Below are positions 48,431 to 52,053 of a DNA stretch of 52,053 nucleotides, in pieces. The stretch is from positions 1 to 52,053 of the forward strand of contig JBCCLQ010000001.1 of assembly GCA_039026795.1 (NCBI GenBank), read 5' to 3'. Every line of letters begins with the position of its first letter. Position 1 is the stretch's first letter. The notes beneath the pieces were generated by a model. The model was given only the letters and a program-made list of their open reading frames with translations. It searched no databases and was not told the origin of the DNA. A program made the position numbers and the translations under genes. The stretch is from Pseudomonadota bacterium (GTDB taxonomy: Bacteria; Pseudomonadota; Alphaproteobacteria; Micavibrionales; Micavibrionaceae).

Positions 48431-49297
48431 TTATTTCTCCGTTTTTAATTCTTTATCGTATTTTGTTTTTTCAGCCTGACGCACAATCATAGTTCCGGTA
48501 CCAGCTTTTGTATAAACTTCATTCCGCAACATATCTTTCTTGAAGCCATTTAAAATGTGCACACGTTTTACTCCTGCTCTTAGGGCGTCAACACAGTTTT
48601 CCAATTTGACTTGCATACCGCCGATGACAGTTTTGTCATTGATCATTTGTTCAATATCGGCAGGGGTCAGGACGGATTGAACTGTGTCGTCTATCTTCAC
48701 GCCATCAACATCGGTCAGGAAAATTAGCTTTGCAGCTTTCATGCCCGATGCTAACGCTACAGCCATATTGTCGGCATTGATATTTACCGTGACGCCTTGT
48801 TTGAGTAGGCTAAGGCAAGGCACGATAATCAGTCGCGTTGTTTCAAACATTTTACGCGGGAACTTCGTATGAACTTTCTCGATCGTTGCATCAAAACGCG
48901 TGATGTCATTTTTCTTTGGTCTGCGTTTATACAATGCCCAATGATCGGGTACGGTGTTAAACACATAACCATCCAGATCGAGTTTTGCCATGTTCTCCAG
49001 AATACGAAAGGCGAAATCTCCGGCCAGAACTTTTTTGACACAAGCGATATCGGCTTCCGATGTAATACGTCTTCCATCAATTTTCGTCGGCTCGCGTTTT
49101 TCGGATTGAATGGCTGCATCAATTGCTGCGCCGCCACCGTAAATGAGAAGGACTTTTATGCCGTCGTTTGTGAGTTCGTGAATATTTTTGAGTAGGCTCA
49201 AGCGTGCGGTATCGTCCTCAATTATGCGTCCGCCGGCCTTGACCACAAATATCTGGCCTGCAAAACGTTTTTTGTAGAAGGACTTGAAGTTGATCAT
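48431..49297 (-). CDS. argB: Acetylglutamate kinase
   Basis: VVKAGG, IYGGG, NINADNMA and FLTDVDG amino-acid-kinase motifs. Confidence 0.8.
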   Translation of the reverse strand: MINFKSFYKKRFAGQIFVVKAGGRIIEDDTARLSLLKNIHELTNDGIKVLLIYGGGAAIDAAIQSEKREPTKIDGRRITSEADIACVKKVLAGDFAFRILENMAKLDLDGYVFNTVPDHWALYKRRPKKNDITRFDATIEKVHTKFPRKMFETTRLIIVPCLSLLKQGVTVNINADNMAVALASGMKAAKLIFLTDVDGVKIDDTVQSVLTPADIEQMINDKTVIGGMQVKLENCVDALRAGVKRVHILNGFKKDMLRNEVYTKAGTGTMIVRQAEKTKYDKELKTEK

Positions 49298-49301
49298 GAT
49301 A

Positions 49302-49340
49302 CCACGGAGTTCACGGAGTTAATAAAGAGGGCACAGAGAG
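49302..49340. repeat. Left flank of the GxxExxY cassette: CACGGAG x2 plus CACAGAG
   Basis: CCACGGAGTTCACGGAGTTAATAAAGAGGGCACAGAGAG. Confidence 0.7.
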
Positions 49341-49718
49341 TCATAGCTTGAACCTCTTAATCCCATCTTTAATTAAAGGGACATTAAAGTTGATAAGAAG
49401 GCCTACCTCTTTTTTAGATAGTTTCATGTAAGTTAAGATCTGTGCTTCATGAATGGGGATTAACGTATCAACACTTTTTAATTCAACGACGACGGTATCC
49501 TCTACCAGTAGATCAATTCTAAAGGCGTTATGAATCACTAAATCCTTGTATTGAACTGTAATTGGAAATTGTCTTTCAGTTTTTAGTCCTCGTTTTTCTA
49601 AATCATGAAATAGGCAGTCCTCGTAAACTTTTTCGTAAAGCCCCGGTCCCATAACCCTATGGATTTGAAGAGAAGCATCCACAATTTCGCCTGTTATATC
49701 ATTTAATTTTTTAGCCAT
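49341..49718 (-). CDS. GxxExxY family protein (PD-(D/E)XK-like)
   Basis: GPGLYEKVYEDCL supplies the GxxExxY motif, alongside DLLVED..VVELK and a size of 125 aa. Confidence 0.8.
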   Translation of the reverse strand: MAKKLNDITGEIVDASLQIHRVMGPGLYEKVYEDCLFHDLEKRGLKTERQFPITVQYKDLVIHNAFRIDLLVEDTVVVELKSVDTLIPIHEAQILTYMKLSKKEVGLLINFNVPLIKDGIKRFKL

Positions 49719-49754
49719 CTCTGTGATCTCTTTTTATCTCGGTGTTCTCTGTGG
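49719..49754. repeat. Right flank of the GxxExxY cassette: CTCTGTG x2 (inverted relative to the left flank)
   Basis: CTCTGTGATCTC...GTTCTCTGTGG. Its reverse complement CCACAGAGAACAC compares with the left-flank CCACGGAGTTCAC. Confidence 0.7.
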
Positions 49755-50750
49755 TTACGGGTATATCGGGCTGTCGAAGTGGAGGCCTGCTGTTTCATCG
49801 AGGCCGAACATGAGGTTCATGTTTTGGACGGCTGTTCCCGATGCGCCTTTGAGCAAGTTATCAAGTGCGCCTTGGGCAATCATGGTTCCGTTATTGCCTT
49901 GCTGATATGATAAGTCGACGAAGTTATTAGAAACGACGTTTGTCATTTCAACCTTATCAACGATGCGTATGAATGGAGCATCATCATAGAGATTATTCTC
50001 TGCACAGTCAGTATTTTGAATGATCGCGTGCGCAAAAATACCACGCGAGAAAGGCCCTACAGTCGGCGCAAAGTTCAGTTGTTCTTCATCCAGTCCGCTT
50101 GTCGCCAGAATTTCCGGGATATGGCGGTGAGAATTGACCAGATAGCTGCGCATGTTCTGTGCTAGTGCCGGATGATCAACAGGATCACGCGGAGACCGAC
50201 CGCCACCTGATGTACCGGAAATGGCGATCACGTCCGCGCTATCCATTTTATCTTTGAACGGTAACAGTAAAAGTTGCACCAGCAAGGCGAAACATCCCGG
50301 ATTAGCAACCGCATCAGATTTAGCAATCTCATCTTTAAAGATCTCTGGTGCGCCATAGATAAAACGACCGTTCAGTAAGTCCGCATGTTGGTGATCGACA
50401 GCGTAATATTTTTTATACGTATCCGCGTTATTTAGCCGGAAGTCGGCAGACATATCGATGATTTTGGTTTTGCCGAGGAATTGCGGCACGATATCCTGCG
50501 CCGTTTTATGGGGAAGGCAGGCAAAGACAATATCGCTGTCCGCCGCCACAGTTTCATAATCTGTGTTCGATAATGTGAGCCCTTCAATGTGTGACAAGCG
50601 CGGGAAGACCTTTGATAAAGGTTCCTGATCATATTGGCGGGAGACCAGATATTTGATGTCCACATCCGGGTGTTGCAACAGACAGCGTAAAAGCTCTGTG
50701 CCCGTAAATCCGGTAACGCCTATGATGGATGTTTTAATTTTACTTGTCAT
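49755..50750 (-). CDS. argC: N-acetyl-gamma-glutamyl-phosphate reductase (common long form)
   Basis: IIGVTGFTGTELLRCL Rossmann start, NPGCFA active-site Cys block, and LLKGASGTAVQNMN at the C-terminus. Confidence 0.9.
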   Translation of the reverse strand: MTSKIKTSIIGVTGFTGTELLRCLLQHPDVDIKYLVSRQYDQEPLSKVFPRLSHIEGLTLSNTDYETVAADSDIVFACLPHKTAQDIVPQFLGKTKIIDMSADFRLNNADTYKKYYAVDHQHADLLNGRFIYGAPEIFKDEIAKSDAVANPGCFALLVQLLLLPFKDKMDSADVIAISGTSGGGRSPRDPVDHPALAQNMRSYLVNSHRHIPEILATSGLDEEQLNFAPTVGPFSRGIFAHAIIQNTDCAENNLYDDAPFIRIVDKVEMTNVVSNNFVDLSYQQGNNGTMIAQGALDNLLKGASGTAVQNMNLMFGLDETAGLHFDSPIYP

Positions 50751-50776
50751 ATTTTATCCAATATCAATCGTTTTGC

Positions 50777-50794
50777 CATTCAAGTGTTTGAATG
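50777..50794. promoter_or_regulatory. Perfect 18-bp palindrome upstream of argC
   Basis: CATTCAAGTGTTTGAATG, 27-44 nt upstream of the argC ATG. Confidence 0.35.
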
Positions 50795-50950
50795 ATCACT
50801 GCTTTGTTTCAAATAGTTGTGGAGGATTTTTAGGGTGCAATCAACCAGCTGATCTCAAAGAAGTGATCAGATGCTACGTCGGCGTCGGTTGTTTGCAATA
50901 AAACTCATAAAAGACAAATAATCGTATAGGGCGTTGAAAGTCAATAATTT

Positions 50951-51976
50951 TTATAAGGTTGTTTTCCTTGGGTCGAAAGCATCGCGCACGGCTTCACCAA
51001 TAAAAGTCAGCAATGTGAGCATCACGGCCAGCGACATAAAGGCTGTAATGCCGAGCCATGGGGCTTGTAGGTTATTTTTTCCTTGTGCGAGCAATTCACC
51101 CAAAGAAGCTGAGCCGGGCGGCAGGCCGAGGCCGAGGAAATCTAATGATGTCAGCGCGGTGATAGAGCCTGTGAGGATAAAGGGCATAAGCGTGAGGGTC
51201 GCGACCATAGCGTTGGGCAATACGTGGCGGCGCATGATGGTGAGGTTATTGACGCCCAGCGCGTTTGCGGCCCGGACATAATCAAAATTTCGGGCACGCA
51301 GGAATTCCGCCCGCACCACATCGACGAGCGAGACCCACGAGAATAAGAGCAGAATTGCGAGCAACGTCCAGAAGCCGGGCACAAACATGGCCGAAAAAAT
51401 GATGAGAATGTATAGCGAGGGCAGGGAAGACCAGATTTCGATGATACGTTGCATAATCAAATCCAGACGACCGCCGAAGTACCCCTGAAACGCACCTGCC
51501 GTAATGCCGATAACGGAACTGATAACCGTTAAGATCAGCCCGAAGAGCACTGAGACCCGAAAGCCGTAGATCACGCGAGCGGCAACATCACGCCCCTGAT
51601 CATCCGTGCCGATGATGTTATCAGCTGTTGGTGGTGAGGGTGCGGGGGTTTCGAGGTTGTAATTGATTGTGTCATAGGAAAAACGGATCAGTGGCCAAAC
51701 CATCCAGCCCTTTTCCTCAATCAAATCCGCAACGTAAGGGTCGCGGTAATCAGCGGCCGTTTCGAAATCTCCGCCAAAGGTCGTTTCGGGATAATCAATA
51801 AAAGTCGGGAAATAGAGCGCGTTATCGTAAGAAACCACAATCGGCCTGTCGTTTGCGATAAATTCGGCAAACAGGCACACCACAAGCAGCGCGATGAATA
51901 TCCAGAAGGACCAATAGCCGCGTTTATTGGCCTTAAACTGTGATAGCCGCCGTTGTGTGATGGGTGAAAGATTCAT
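50951..51976 (-). CDS. yejE: ABC permease YejE of the YejABEF importer
   Basis: RRLSQFKANKRGYWSFWIF...IANDRPIVVSYD...DYRDP...GTDDQGRDV closely tracks E. coli YejE, including the long periplasmic loop. Confidence 0.85.
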   Translation of the reverse strand: MNLSPITQRRLSQFKANKRGYWSFWIFIALLVVCLFAEFIANDRPIVVSYDNALYFPTFIDYPETTFGGDFETAADYRDPYVADLIEEKGWMVWPLIRFSYDTINYNLETPAPSPPTADNIIGTDDQGRDVAARVIYGFRVSVLFGLILTVISSVIGITAGAFQGYFGGRLDLIMQRIIEIWSSLPSLYILIIFSAMFVPGFWTLLAILLLFSWVSLVDVVRAEFLRARNFDYVRAANALGVNNLTIMRRHVLPNAMVATLTLMPFILTGSITALTSLDFLGLGLPPGSASLGELLAQGKNNLQAPWLGITAFMSLAVMLTLLTFIGEAVRDAFDPRKTTL

Positions 51977-52023
51977 CCCACAACCCTAGCGAAAATTTTT
52001 TAAAAAGAGAATAGGTTAGAGTT

Positions 52024-52053
52024 TTAAGGCGTCGATTGCACTTTTGATCTGGC
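52024..52053 (-). CDS. Possible 3' end of an upstream ORF (yejB expected here)
   Basis: One minus-strand frame reads ...ARSKVQSTP-stop. Nine codons are too few to judge. Confidence 0.2.
   Translation of the reverse strand, partial: ARSKVQSTP

Noticed and set aside
50777-50794. Interpretation of the argC-leader palindrome as a classical ArgR ARG box
   Set aside because: The ARG box has TGAAT-N4-ATTCA geometry. This site is ATTCA-N6-TGAAT, and the flanking sequence does not complete two adjacent boxes.
1-52053. Search for tRNA, rRNA, CRISPR arrays, IS elements, integrases and riboswitches
   Set aside because: I saw no cloverleaf-compatible intergenic segments, no regularly spaced repeats, and no transposase- or integrase-like ORFs. 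Intergenic regions are mostly under 200 bp. A covariance-model scan would be needed for certainty.

Overview
This 52-kb window reads as a chromosomal segment of an alphaproteobacterium-like genome. The lineage call rests on the alpha-specific cell-cycle genes mipZ and chpT. Core genes are roughly 50-55% GC by eye and accessory stretches roughly 40-45%. About 50 tightly packed CDS are present. I found no rRNA, tRNA, CRISPR array, transposase or integrase by eye. Left to right: (1) a phage-type lysis cassette at the left edge (SleB-like hydrolase, small 2-TM protein, overlapping TM protein and lipoprotein pair). (2) EamA transporter, nhaA, a divergent IDH-like gene, a tandem deaminase-fold protein, folD, yggT, acnA. 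(3) Unknown ORFs, an orphan cheZ-like gene, a GT-B glycosyltransferase, homocysteine methyltransferase, and SIMPL, DUF4174 and OMP genes. (4) lepA, whose 3' end is duplicated about 950 bp downstream, so that 26-bp direct repeats bracket a single OMP gene. (5) A 5.4-kb island of four orphan genes, including an 809-aa Cys-free acidic protein with a weak SLT-like motif and an AGA/AGG-rich gene pair; all three transcription units carry similar sigma70-like promoters. (6) purH, a cheA(REC)-cheW-cheY-cheB-cheR operon with chpT directly upstream, then pgm/pmm, galU, a J-domain membrane protein, mipZ, pepP, rpsU and ggt. (7) yejF and yejE, normally adjacent genes of the yejABEF importer, separated here by 8.2 kb. 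That interval carries a complete argC-argB-argD-argF-argG-argH operon (itself interrupted by a GxxExxY cassette with inverted CACRGAG repeats), a fasciclin gene, and a new promoter with a Fur-type 7-1-7 operator in front of yejF. The best candidates for undescribed biology are the orphan island (19.7-25.1 kb), the lepA-3' cassette and the yej/arg rearrangement. All functional calls are motif recognition by eye; no searches were run.
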